A DNA stretch of 64,000 bases from Candidatus Bathyarchaeota archaeon (GTDB taxonomy: Archaea > Thermoproteota > Bathyarchaeia > 40CM-2-53-6), in the NCBI GenBank assembly GCA_963833125.1, contig CAWHWX010000019.1, forward strand, positions 128,001-192,000. Direction: 5' to 3'. The notes beneath the pieces are model-generated. The model was given only the letters and a program-made list of their open reading frames with translations, was not told where the DNA came from and ran no database searches. This document shows, in pieces, positions 10,892 through 20,413 of this stretch. How positions within the stretch are numbered: position 1 is the stretch's first letter; the number at the start of each line of letters is the position of its first letter. Both the position numbers and the translations under genes were made by a program.

Positions 10892-11250
10892 CGACCAACC
10901 ATCCGATTGTCGTTTACTGCTTACTCCGCGAACCAGGCGTCGCCCTCAGAAGGCGCAACTTCGGATTCGAGGTTCACATGTTTTTTCCTTGTCCGTGTCA
11001 TTTTTCGTCGCAATAAATTGGCCTTCTCAGGGATTTAGCAGGTTTTCTCGTAATTCATAGCAGTAACGTGATTTCCCATAATTCATGTCACCGAGGTGTG
11101 ATTCGGAGGAAAAGGGATTGGCTAACCAGCTGGAACGCCAAGAGATATTCGAATCAGGCGCTGGGTTTCCGGGGTCTCTTCAGATGGGGACTCCGGCAAG
11201 GTTTAATATCGTTCTGCCTGTTCGCTAATGTAAATTTCGGTGAGCGAGTC

Positions 11251-11751
11251 ATGTCTAAGGATTTTAGGCTTGTCCTACGTGTCGCAGGCGCAAACATAGA
11301 CGGCACCAAGAAGGTTGCCTACGGCATATCCCACATCAGGGGTGTGGGCCCAAGCTACGCCGCTGCCATAGTGAAGGCCACCGAAATCAAGCCTGAGCTT
11401 AGAATGGGCGACTTATCTGAAGCTGACGTGCAGAAGCTGGAAGACGCGATGCGTGACCCCGCAAAGTATGGCTTGCCCCCACGCCTTTTCAACCGCCGCA
11501 AAGGTCCTGATTCAGGTCGGGATATGCATTTGATAGGCGCCGACCTCACGCTAAGCACGAAGACTGACGTCGATTTCATGACCGATATTCGAAGTTGGAA
11601 AGGAGTCAGGCATTCTCTGGGCCTGAAAGTTCGAGGGCAACGGACGCGCACGACGGGCCGAAAAGGTAGAGCAGTTGGGGTTGCCAAGAAAGTTGTAATG
11701 GAAGCCGCTCGAGCTGCAGCTCTAGCCGGCGAGAAGGAAGAGAAGAAGTAG
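11251..11751 (+). CDS. rps13: 30S ribosomal protein uS13
   Basis: IRGVG, FNRRK, SWKGVRHSLGLKVRGQRTRTTGR; ATG at 11251 after GGTGA. Confidence 0.97.
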   Translation: MSKDFRLVLRVAGANIDGTKKVAYGISHIRGVGPSYAAAIVKATEIKPELRMGDLSEADVQKLEDAMRDPAKYGLPPRLFNRRKGPDSGRDMHLIGADLTLSTKTDVDFMTDIRSWKGVRHSLGLKVRGQRTRTTGRKGRAVGVAKKVVMEAARAAALAGEKEEKK

Positions 11752-11761
11752 GTGATGCGCT

Positions 11762-12313
11762 ACGGGCGATCCAAAGAGAACTAGAAAGAGCTACGAGACC
11801 CCCAGACATCCTTGGCGCAGAGACCAACTAGAAGTCGAACTTCATCTGATGAGCGACTTCGGGCTTCGCAACAAGAGGGAACTCTGGCGTTACAAGACAA
11901 TGCTCTCAGAGGTAAGAGGTATCGCGCGGTCGATGCTCGGTTCAACCGGAGAGCAACGTGCACGCCTGGACGAGGAATACCTCTCTAAACTGCGCAGGAT
12001 AGGCGTGCTATCTGAATCCGCTACAATCGACGATGTTCTCGACCTAGACATTAGAGACCTGCTCGAACGCCGATTACAAACTATGGTCTTCAGAAAGGGC
12101 CTGGCTAAAACGCTTTTTCAAGCGAGACAATTTGTTTCGCACGGACACATATCAGTCGCCGGTAATGTAATCTCCGTCCCAGGCTACATCGTTAAACGAG
12201 ACGAAGAAGGGAAACTCAAGTACTTCTCCCAAAGCCCGATATCAAAGGCAGATCACTCAACAAGGAAAGTTATCACGGCAACTGCAGCCGGCCAAGCCGT
12301 AGCTGAGTCCTAG
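11762..12313 (+). CDS. rps4: 30S ribosomal protein uS4 (first codon reads ACG)
   Basis: GDPKR..YETPRHPW, GLRNKRELW, LERRLQT, ARQFVSHGHI. Confidence 0.96.
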   Translation, partial: TGDPKRTRKSYETPRHPWRRDQLEVELHLMSDFGLRNKRELWRYKTMLSEVRGIARSMLGSTGEQRARLDEEYLSKLRRIGVLSESATIDDVLDLDIRDLLERRLQTMVFRKGLAKTLFQARQFVSHGHISVAGNVISVPGYIVKRDEEGKLKYFSQSPISKADHSTRKVITATAAGQAVAES

Positions 12314-12329
12314 TCACAAAACTCGTCTT

Positions 12330-12735
12330 CTAAAGAGAAGAAAGAAGACTAGTCGCCGCTACCGTTACGCCCACTGACAGTGCGATTAGCGGTAAGGAAT
12401 AGGGGCCCGTCCCAAGAATTATCGGAATAGGGCCTATCAGGATCACAGCACCCGCGCTGCTAGTGCCTAAATTCGTGATCGAACCCAAAGTAACTAGCAA
12501 CATCCCAACGAAGATGGCTGCGAAGGCTATGAGAAACAATATGCTTGCCAAAGAAAACTGAAATTGCTGCTGAGGGTAGCCTTCCCAGCCACGGGTCGGT
12601 AACAGCTCTACTGCTGCAGGCGTTACAAGTCCAGCTGGCCGAATCAAAGCAATCGCCACATGTTGGCTTACCACAATTTTGACAAACGTAAGTCGCCGGG
12701 ATTCTCCCACAAATTGCGCAAGGAGTAGGTGGCAT
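12330..12735 (-). CDS. Zn-finger + DUF131 (TIGR00304-like) membrane protein (frameshifted)
   Basis: CAIC/CQNC/CGDC/CNAC N-terminus, then TM-GAVILIGPIPIILG-TM. Confidence 0.65.
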
Positions 12736-12740
12736 GACGT

Positions 12741-13004
12741 TTACCTCCCGAACAGATATGGGAGAAACATGATGGCGAAAACGACCAGTATCAGCACGAT
12801 CGCTAGAATCATCAGTCCCTTCACCGAGTCCTTGTCCGTGCCGAATATTATTGGGATCGGGCCAATAAGTAGAACTCCGGCAGCTCGAGTCTTACCTGAG
12901 CTGCGAGTTGAGCGAAATGCAAGGAGAATCATTGCGGCGAAGGCCAGGACGAATCCGAAGATGATCAGTATGAATCCGACTTCTGTAACGGAGGGCGCGT
13001 CCAA
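12741..13004 (-). CDS. DUF131 / TIGR00304 family membrane protein
   Basis: GVLLIGPIPIIFGTD motif between TM helices. Confidence 0.85.
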   Translation of the reverse strand: MDAPSVTEVGFILIIFGFVLAFAAMILLAFRSTRSSGKTRAAGVLLIGPIPIIFGTDKDSVKGLMILAIVLILVVFAIMFLPYLFGR

Positions 13005-13097
13005 GAGGATTCACTTGCTCAAAGTAACTCGGGATGAGTCGTGAACTTTAACTCTTCCAGATTTTTTCTCCGTGAAACCTGTTGTGGGTCGTAATAG

Positions 13098-13244
13098 TTT
13101 ATAAGCACCAGAGCCTACCTCCAAAATCTCTTTACGTAGAAGTGAAATGTCGTGGACTTCGGACCCGAAAATCAGGATTCAGGCCGAATACTTGCCGTAA
13201 TCGGCCCACGAGAGTCGCTGTTGTTCCCGCGGGGTCCGTAGGTC
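13098..13244 (+). promoter_or_regulatory. TATA box and structured 5' leader of the rpoD operon
   Basis: TTTATAA at 13098; stem 13155-13166/13232-13244; inner hairpin GGCCGA/TCGGCC. Confidence 0.5.
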
Positions 13245-14072
13245 TTGGAAATTAAGATTCTTGAAGAGAAAGATAACTCGCTCCGGTTCCTATTGAAAGG
13301 AACCAGCCACGCCCACGCCAACGCCTTGCGGCGCGCAATGATGGCGGAGGTTCCGGCGATGGCAATCGAGGATGTGATCATAATCGAGAACACTTCAGTT
13401 CTATACGACGAGGTTATCGCGCACAGACTAGGGCTGATCCCCCTGAAGACGGATTTAGACACTTTTGTCCTTCCTGAAGAGTGCGACTGCAAGAGCGAAT
13501 TGGGTTGTAGCAAGTGCCGTGCATCCTTCACTCTTGAGGTTGAATGCATAGATGAGCCAGTGATGGTTTACTCGTCTGATTTGAAGGGCGACAGCGATGT
13601 TACCCCAGTAAGCGGTGGCATTCCCATCGTTAAACTTGGCCCATCGCAGAAGTTGAAACTTGAATTGTACGCAAAGCTTGGGCGAGGCTTGGAACATGCC
13701 AAGTGGCAGCCAACCACGGCTTGCGCTTACAAATACCTCCCAAAGGTAACCCTGAACCCCGACAACTTAGCCAACCCCGCAGAGGTAATTCGAATCTGTC
13801 CAACGAAGGTCTTCGTGAGCGATCCTGAGAGCAAGATTGCTGTACGGGATGAGCTTGCATGTACCCTTTGCATGGACTGTGTCGAGAAAGCAGTTCCAAT
13901 CGATTCCAAAAAATCGTTTCCGGTCAAGGTTGAAGAGGACGATACCGCTTTCGTATTCTACGTTGAATCAACTGGCGCTCTTCCACCCAAGAGGATTGTA
14001 AGCGAAGCCTCAAAGATTCTGGACAAGAAAGCAAGCAATCTGACTGACCTTGTAAAGAAAGGGCTTGAGTAA
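13245..14072 (+). CDS. rpoD: RNA polymerase subunit D (Rpo3) with Fe-S domain
   Basis: ANALRRAM, DEVIAHRLGLIPL, EHAKWQP, CTLCMDC. Confidence 0.97.
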   Translation: MEIKILEEKDNSLRFLLKGTSHAHANALRRAMMAEVPAMAIEDVIIIENTSVLYDEVIAHRLGLIPLKTDLDTFVLPEECDCKSELGCSKCRASFTLEVECIDEPVMVYSSDLKGDSDVTPVSGGIPIVKLGPSQKLKLELYAKLGRGLEHAKWQPTTACAYKYLPKVTLNPDNLANPAEVIRICPTKVFVSDPESKIAVRDELACTLCMDCVEKAVPIDSKKSFPVKVEEDDTAFVFYVESTGALPPKRIVSEASKILDKKASNLTDLVKKGLE

Positions 14073-14460
14073 AGGAGAACTAGCATTGCGTCGCGAAATC
14101 ACAAACCCCGAACTACTCGAAACAATTCGTTTTCTAAAAGTAAAGGCCCGGGAAAACAAGGCGAACATCTGGACCGTCGCGGCCGAAAATCTATCCAAGC
14201 CAAGAAGAGGCCGAGCAGAACTCGACTTGAATCATATCTCCCGCGTCTCAAAACCAGATTCGCTCCTTCTCGTGCCCGGTAAGGTACTGGCTTCAGGCCA
14301 CATCAAACATGCCGTCACGGTTGGCGCTTTCCAATTCACACCCGACGCTAAGTTGAAGATCGAACAGGCGGGCGGGAAGTGTGTCGGCATAAAGGACTTC
14401 GTTGGAAAGCATCCTAAAGGAGCGAACGTGCAACTTCTAGGTGATGGAAATAATGTCTGA
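14065..14460 (+). CDS. rpl18e: 50S ribosomal protein eL18
   Basis: TNPEL, VPGKVLASG, KIEQAGG. Confidence 0.95.
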   Translation: MSKGELALRREITNPELLETIRFLKVKARENKANIWTVAAENLSKPRRGRAELDLNHISRVSKPDSLLLVPGKVLASGHIKHAVTVGAFQFTPDAKLKIEQAGGKCVGIKDFVGKHPKGANVQLLGDGNNV

Positions 14461-14887
14461 TGAACCAATTCTCTTAGACGCTACAGATCAGGTCATGGGC
14501 CGATTGGCCAGTTATGCAGCGAAGAGTGCGCTGGGCGGAAACAGGATAGTAGTTCTAAACGCGGAGAAAGCAGTCATTTCGGGAAGGAAGAGCAACATTG
14601 TCGAAGAGGCTATGCGCCGTCTAAAGACTAGAACACTCGCCAACCAGACAACGGCACCAGTCCATCAACGCCGACCCGACTTATACTTCAGACGCGTTGT
14701 CCGTGGCATGTTACCTTGGAAAAAGGCGAAAGGCAAAGCTGCATTTCACCGGGTCTACGTTTTCATGGGCGTACCTGAAGAATATTCAAAGAAGAAAGCC
14801 GCGAAAGTCCCAGGGGCGAATGCTTCTAAACTCAGGACATCGTACATGACGCTCGAAGACTTAGCCAAAGAGATATGGAGGCCTTGA
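14453..14887 (+). CDS. rpl13: 50S ribosomal protein uL13
   Basis: GRLASYAAK, NAEKAVISG, RRVVRGMLP. Confidence 0.96.
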   Translation: MSDEPILLDATDQVMGRLASYAAKSALGGNRIVVLNAEKAVISGRKSNIVEEAMRRLKTRTLANQTTAPVHQRRPDLYFRRVVRGMLPWKKAKGKAAFHRVYVFMGVPEEYSKKKAAKVPGANASKLRTSYMTLEDLAKEIWRP

Positions 14888-15357
14888 AGCAGGTGAGCGA
14901 AACACTCGAAAAACTGGAGAAGCCGGAAAAGGCCCAGAAGACAGAGAAAGTCGAAAGAAGGCGGCTAATTCTTGTCACAGGAAAAAGAAAGACCGCGATC
15001 GCACGAGCGATAATCAAGAATGGCTCTGGCAATGTGTTCATCAACGGAATCCCACTAACAATGTTTACCCCAGAAATCGCCAGAATGAAGATTACCGAGG
15101 CGTTAGTTCTTTCAGGAGAACGGTCAAAAACCGTCGACATAAATGTCAAAGTCGCCGGAGGCGGGTTCATGGGGCAAGCTGAAGCGTCGCGCATGGCTGT
15201 TGCAAAGGGGTTGGTACAGTGGACGCGCAGTTCTGAGCTTAGAAAGTCGATGACAAATTACGACCGAACTATGCTCGCAGGGGACCCGCGAAGAAAGGAA
15301 CCCAAGAAATTCGGCGGACCCGGAGCAAGAAGACGCGAACAGAAATCATACAGGTAG
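14884..15357 (+). CDS. rps9: 30S ribosomal protein uS9
   Basis: GKRKTAIARA, GGGFMGQAEA, PKKFGGPGARRREQKSYR. Confidence 0.97.
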   Translation: MKQVSETLEKLEKPEKAQKTEKVERRRLILVTGKRKTAIARAIIKNGSGNVFINGIPLTMFTPEIARMKITEALVLSGERSKTVDINVKVAGGGFMGQAEASRMAVAKGLVQWTRSSELRKSMTNYDRTMLAGDPRRKEPKKFGGPGARRREQKSYR

Positions 15358-15363
15358 AATGAA

Positions 15364-15588
15364 ATGATAATCCCGGTCCGTTGCTTCACCTGTGGAAAAC
15401 TCGTCGCCGACCACTGGGAAGAGTTCGCGAGACGAGTTAAAGCGGGCGAGAGGCCGAAGAAGGTTCTAGATGACATGGGAATGACTCGTTACTGCTGCCG
15501 GCGCATGTTCATAACACAGGCAGACGTGATTGATGACTTGTTACGTTACACGCAGGTAACAGCGAAGCGACGGGCACAATTCGAATAG
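15364..15588 (+). CDS. rpoN: RNA polymerase subunit N (Rpo10)
   Basis: [19 protein letters not shown]. Confidence 0.98.
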   Translation: MIIPVRCFTCGKLVADHWEEFARRVKAGERPKKVLDDMGMTRYCCRRMFITQADVIDDLLRYTQVTAKRRAQFE

Positions 15589-15600
15589 GAATCGAGCACA

Positions 15601-16266
15601 ATGTCAGAAGTTGAAGAAAAAGAGGGGATGCCGAAATCAGAGGACCTACTGATCCCCTTAGAAGATCTTCTCGCGGCAGGCCTCCACATCGGAACAAGAA
15701 TCAAAACCGGTGACATGGAACCGTACATTTACCGAGTTAGACCCGACGGACTCTTCATACTAAATATTGGAAAGACGGATGAAAAGATACGTACTGCTTC
15801 CCGGTTCATAGCCAGGTTCGAAGCAGAACGAACCCTCATAATCTCGTCGAGGCTCTACGGGAAAACCCCCGTTGAGAAGTTCTGCGAGATCACGAGAACG
15901 GTTCCAGTGGTCGGCCGTTTCATGCCCGGCCTAATATCAAACCCACTTCAACCCAATCACGCAGACCCTCAGGTCATTATGGTAACCGATCCTAGAGCCG
16001 ACTGGCAATCAATCAAGGAATCGTCAACAGCGGGGGTCCCAGTTATCGCGCTCTGTGACACTGACAACGTCTTCAGTGGGGTCGACCTCGCCATACCAGT
16101 GAACAACAAAGGCCGCCGCGCATTAGCTATGCTGTACTGGCTATTGGCTAGACAAGTTCTGCGTGACAGAGGAGAACTACCAGCGGATGGAACCATAACT
16201 GCAACAGTGGACGACTTCGAAACAAAGCTGGCCGCTATCGCCCCTAGATCGGGCGGTGAGCTTTGA
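15601..16266 (+). CDS. rps2: 30S ribosomal protein uS2
   Basis: AGLHIGT, GRFMPG, IPVNNKGRRAL. Confidence 0.97.
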   Translation: MSEVEEKEGMPKSEDLLIPLEDLLAAGLHIGTRIKTGDMEPYIYRVRPDGLFILNIGKTDEKIRTASRFIARFEAERTLIISSRLYGKTPVEKFCEITRTVPVVGRFMPGLISNPLQPNHADPQVIMVTDPRADWQSIKESSTAGVPVIALCDTDNVFSGVDLAIPVNNKGRRALAMLYWLLARQVLRDRGELPADGTITATVDDFETKLAAIAPRSGGEL

Positions 16267-17114
16267 AAATTCGGAAACCATATGTCGCAAACGCATTCTA
16301 CGCCGGAACCAAAACTGCACTCACCAAACAGATAACCGACTGCTTCACCCACCCCTTTGGGCCGGGTCAGGTTCCGAAACCAAACCCGCAAGGCCAACGA
16401 AAGATCTTGGGGTTAGTCTGTCCACACGCGGGATACATGTACTCAGGGCCGGTGGCGGCGAATGGGTACGGTAAGCTCGCAACCGACGGACAACCAGACG
16501 TGGCCATTATTCTCGGGCCTAACCATACCGGACTGGGAAGCGGCCTCTCGATTCAGACCGAAGGAGCGTGGGAGACGCCCATCGGCATAACCCGAGTCAA
16601 TTCTGACCTAGCTAGGAAGATCCAAAAGTCAAGCAGTATAATCGACGTCGACGATACGGCACACGCTAGTGAACACTCCATAGAGGTTCAACTACCATTC
16701 CTCCAGTTCCTATTCAAAGACGCCATAGAATTCGTCCCCATATGCATGATGATGCAAGATCTAACAACGTCCATAGACGTTGCGAAAACCATCATTGAAA
16801 CCACGAAAGGTAAGAATGTTGCAATAATCGCATCGAGCGACTTTACCCACTATGAACCGCAGGCGGCCGCAAATAGGAAGGACAGGGAAGCGATCGACGC
16901 GATACTCAAACTCGATGATAAACAACTAAATGAGCTGGGAGGCAGCAACCGCGTGACAATGTGCGGGTACGGCCCAATAACCACCTTGATCGCCGCAGCG
17001 AAAATGCTCGGTGACGTGAAACCCGATTTGTTGGCGTACAAGACCAGCGGGGATATCACGGGAGATAAATCAGCGGTGGTCGGGTATTCGTCGTTGACTT
17101 TTACTCGTAACTAG
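16263..17114 (+). CDS. MEMO1 family protein (AmmeMemoRadiSam protein B)
   Basis: PHAGYMYSG, GPNHTG, EHSIEVQLPFLQ, SSDFTHY, MCGYGP. Confidence 0.95.
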   Translation: MKIRKPYVANAFYAGTKTALTKQITDCFTHPFGPGQVPKPNPQGQRKILGLVCPHAGYMYSGPVAANGYGKLATDGQPDVAIILGPNHTGLGSGLSIQTEGAWETPIGITRVNSDLARKIQKSSSIIDVDDTAHASEHSIEVQLPFLQFLFKDAIEFVPICMMMQDLTTSIDVAKTIIETTKGKNVAIIASSDFTHYEPQAAANRKDREAIDAILKLDDKQLNELGGSNRVTMCGYGPITTLIAAAKMLGDVKPDLLAYKTSGDITGDKSAVVGYSSLTFTRN

Positions 17115-17120
17115 TGACAC

Positions 17121-18110
17121 ATGGAGCCGTTTAATTTTTCTAGAAGACACGCGAAACTAGTGAAAGGCGAAACTTCTTTGGGCCAAGCTGCAGGGTTCGG
17201 TAAAGTAATTCTCTTCAACGAACACTTCGTCGTGTACGGAATTCCTGCAATCGCTTCAGCTATCGGGGCCAAGACAATTGCATCAGTCGAGCGAAGTGCC
17301 GGATCTGGGGTAGAACTCAAGGATGAACGCCCTGAGACTCCAGGATACAAGGCTGAGAAGCTAGAGCAGCAAAAGGAGTCTTTGGATATCATGCTCAAAT
17401 TCATGAAAATTGACACACAACATGACCACTACACGATCACCTTGGGCGGAGATTTGATCGCTGCCAGCGGTGTAGGAGCAAGCGCGGCTTCCTGCGCTGC
17501 AATCGCCCGCGCATACTCACAAGAACTCAACCTCAACTTTTCAGACGAGAGAGTAAATGAGGTGGCCTACGAGGGAGAAAAGGGATACCATGGAACGCCG
17601 TCAGGCATCGATAACACGGCGGCAACATACGGCGGCCTGATCTGGTACAGACGCGAGGGATCGGCGCAATTGATGGAACGTATGCGACTTCGTAAGCCCG
17701 TGGAGATAGTGATGGGAAATACGGGGAAAGTCGCAGACACCAAGATCGTAGTAGCGGGAGTCAAGGAACGAAAAGAAAAGGAACCTGAAAAGTACGGGCG
17801 CTTCTTTCAAGACGCGGATCAACTGGCTCGGAATGCGAGGAAGCAACTTGAAGATTTCAACCTCGAGAAAGTGGGCGCCTACATGAACGAAAACCACAAA
17901 CTGCTCCAGGAAATAGGCGTGTCCTCTCCAGAGCTGGATGCCCTAGTGAAACTGGCCCGCGACACGGGTGCTCTAGGAGCGAAACTTACGGGAGGGGGAA
18001 GGGGAGGCTACATGGTTGCACTTACCCCGGGGCGAGAACTTCAGGATCGGGTGGCGAACGAAATCGAACGGCATGGTTCCCAGACGCTTCGTACCATGAT
18101 CGGCATTTAG
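17121..18110 (+). CDS. mvk: Mevalonate kinase
   Basis: GKVILFNEHFVVYG, SGVGASAA, HGTPSGIDN, GAKLTGGGRGG. Confidence 0.93.
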   Translation: MEPFNFSRRHAKLVKGETSLGQAAGFGKVILFNEHFVVYGIPAIASAIGAKTIASVERSAGSGVELKDERPETPGYKAEKLEQQKESLDIMLKFMKIDTQHDHYTITLGGDLIAASGVGASAASCAAIARAYSQELNLNFSDERVNEVAYEGEKGYHGTPSGIDNTAATYGGLIWYRREGSAQLMERMRLRKPVEIVMGNTGKVADTKIVVAGVKERKEKEPEKYGRFFQDADQLARNARKQLEDFNLEKVGAYMNENHKLLQEIGVSSPELDALVKLARDTGALGAKLTGGGRGGYMVALTPGRELQDRVANEIERHGSQTLRTMIGI

Positions 18111-18133
18111 ACTATCGCCGATCAACATTTCTC

Positions 18134-19267
18134 TCATAACAGTTGCAACGGAAGGTGCCTCAGGACCAACTCGTATTCATTCGCCTTAGCAATAATCGCA
18201 TTGATACTGCCCTCATGGAATCTATCCCTGTCTATTATGAATGCCAGCCCATCCCAGCCACCTGCCCCTGGACATCGTCCAGCGACGATGCCATGAATTT
18301 TTTCTGCAAACTCTATCAGCTTCGTAAGAGGTTCAGGTTCTATTGGATCCAGGTCAGCATAGGATTTTGCGACCAGGCCTTGCAATCTTCTGTGGATTTC
18401 CCTTGCCGAGTGCGTGCAACGCCTCAAGCCATCGTTGTCGCCCTTAAGCACTCTGCCAATTGCATCCGTTTCACTCGAATTCTGCTTTTCCATGAGCTCA
18501 CGGTATTCGGATGGGTGTTGGCTCTTCCATTCACTCACTGTCCGTACATTACTGACCGTTGATGTTTTTCCGCCCTCGATATTGAAGAAGAGCAAGCCGT
18601 ACTTCGATGGCATTGAGACTAGTTGGGTCTGTAGATCTGGCCAGGGCTTTTCAATCGAAGACAGAATCTTCGATGTCGTTTCTGTTGCATTCTTGAAGTC
18701 TAGAGGTAGAATGATCGAGCTGGGATTGAATCGCTTGTATATTATGGTGTGGCCGGCTGCGCAAGTGGCAATGTCAAATCCAGACCCGATCTTGTTTGTG
18801 AAAGCAGCGCCACAGTACTGTGATAGTTTATGAATAATCTCACTATGTTCGGCGTTGTCCATGCAGTAGGCGTGAAAGAGAGATTTGACGACAGCAACAG
18901 TGGCGGCTGCGGAGCTTCCGAGCCCCGATTTATGTTCGATTCCAAAGATCGGACTGTTCGTAAGGGACACGGTATGACTCGTGGAATGCCCTTTTGATTT
19001 TAGGTATAATCTAGTTAAGAAAAACGTTGAGACGGCGATATTCTTTCGTATTAATTCGGGAGAATCGATCATTTGTTCGATGCCAAATTGTCTGGCGATC
19101 AGAGCATCCGAGTCGGCATCTTCGACTGTAGCAGTGACCCCGTTCCCCGTATGGTCAACGACAGCCAAAGAGAGTGAGATGTGTCCAAGTTCTAGGACAG
19201 AGTATCCTCCGAAGAAGAGGACCTTCCCAGGGACGTTCAGAGTCTTTTTCTTGAGCTGAGTAAGCAA
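18134..19267 (-). CDS. Phosphomevalonate kinase, ERG8-type GHMP kinase
   Basis: PGKVLFFGGYSVL, KSGLGSSAA, KIGSGFDIA, PGAGGWD match ERG8-type motifs. Confidence 0.85.
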   Translation of the reverse strand: MLTQLKKKTLNVPGKVLFFGGYSVLELGHISLSLAVVDHTGNGVTATVEDADSDALIARQFGIEQMIDSPELIRKNIAVSTFFLTRLYLKSKGHSTSHTVSLTNSPIFGIEHKSGLGSSAAATVAVVKSLFHAYCMDNAEHSEIIHKLSQYCGAAFTNKIGSGFDIATCAAGHTIIYKRFNPSSIILPLDFKNATETTSKILSSIEKPWPDLQTQLVSMPSKYGLLFFNIEGGKTSTVSNVRTVSEWKSQHPSEYRELMEKQNSSETDAIGRVLKGDNDGLRRCTHSAREIHRRLQGLVAKSYADLDPIEPEPLTKLIEFAEKIHGIVAGRCPGAGGWDGLAFIIDRDRFHEGSINAIIAKANEYELVLRHLPLQLL

Positions 19268-20305
19268 TTAGCGGTCAGCGTCCTTGGGTCCCCCGCCAAC
19301 TTCCGTCCTGTAGGTATTTTCCTTCCCGACGATCGCCTTCAAACGCTCCTCTACTTCTTCTGCGTTCTTCTTCAGCGCAAAAATGACCACGTTGGGACCG
19401 GCATCAAAAGTGTAGGCCCCATAAGCCAATGGTTGGATAGTGTTTATGATTTCGGTGCTCTTGTCGTTTAGGTAGATGATCGGGGGGTCAGTTCTCCAAC
19501 ACACTGCGTGAAAGTTGTTCGAGGCCTGCTTCGTCAATTTGAACATTTGAAGCCAATTCCTTTCTTTAACGGCGTTGAGTATCGCTGGGAGCAGAGTTTT
19601 TTCCTCGTAATCCACCCATTGCCAATAGTCGTATACACTTCGAACGCTTTCCTTCATGCCCGCCCGGCTTTTTGTTTTCTTCTCTTGTTCTGATTCCACT
19701 TTAGCGTAGATGATGGAGAGGTCGCTGAAGTATGCTGGTTCGTAAAGTGTTTCTGCGTATGAGAGGTCTGAGGCTTCAGCTTCAGAAGTAGCATTGTCAA
19801 ACCCTCGGTGCCAGATAACGAATCCGCCTCGTGAAGGGACGGAACGGGCTGCTGAGCCGGATCCTAATCTCGCTAGTACTGAGAGCTGCCTTTCATTCAA
19901 CTGGGGTAAGCGATCTAGCTTGCTCATCGCTTTTGCGAATGCGAGTGCTAACGCAGAGAATCCCGCTGCAGAGGAAGCAAACCCCGATGCCGTTGGAAAA
20001 TCATTTTGGGATGATATTTCGTACCGATAATCCTTGGTGAATTTGTAGGTTCGGGTAATCTTGTCAAAGAAGTCTTTAACGTAATCGAATTCGCTTTGTG
20101 TTTCCTTTATCTTCTTACCGTTCAGTTGAAATGCGATTTCTCCCTTACCGCTCTCAACCCTAAGGAGGGTCTTTGCGTGGAGCCCTTGGATTGTGAAAGA
20201 GACGGAACTCTTGGTTGGTATGAGCAAATGTTCGTATTTCGGATACTTGCCCCAATACTTCACGAGCGCAATGTTGGTTGGGCTCTCAACGCCAACTACT
20301 AGCAC
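19268..20305 (-). CDS. mvaD: Diphosphomevalonate decarboxylase family protein
   Basis: NIALVKYWGK, FPTASGFASSAAG, ARLGSGSAARS, SRAGM, YTFDAGPN. Confidence 0.88.
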   Translation of the reverse strand: MLVVGVESPTNIALVKYWGKYPKYEHLLIPTKSSVSFTIQGLHAKTLLRVESGKGEIAFQLNGKKIKETQSEFDYVKDFFDKITRTYKFTKDYRYEISSQNDFPTASGFASSAAGFSALALAFAKAMSKLDRLPQLNERQLSVLARLGSGSAARSVPSRGGFVIWHRGFDNATSEAEASDLSYAETLYEPAYFSDLSIIYAKVESEQEKKTKSRAGMKESVRSVYDYWQWVDYEEKTLLPAILNAVKERNWLQMFKLTKQASNNFHAVCWRTDPPIIYLNDKSTEIINTIQPLAYGAYTFDAGPNVVIFALKKNAEEVEERLKAIVGKENTYRTEVGGGPKDADR

Positions 20306-20413
20306 ATGGTTCGAGCGAACTAATCGCGTTATAAGAGTTACCCACTGTTAGGAATATTTTTCACCTGTAAATCCCAAGTTCTAAAGGTAAGTAGGTACTT
20401 CGGGTTCAGATGA

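Noticed and set aside
11068-11250. N-terminal extension of uS13 in the ORF track (also the extensions on glmS, DGGGPS, GGGPS and the 52876 ORF)
   Set aside because: These are upstream in-frame readthrough. Conserved N-termini and Shine-Dalgarno or TATA elements mark later starts.
12314-13244. Loss of rps11
   Set aside because: It is absent only from this locus and is probably encoded elsewhere; this cannot be judged from the window.
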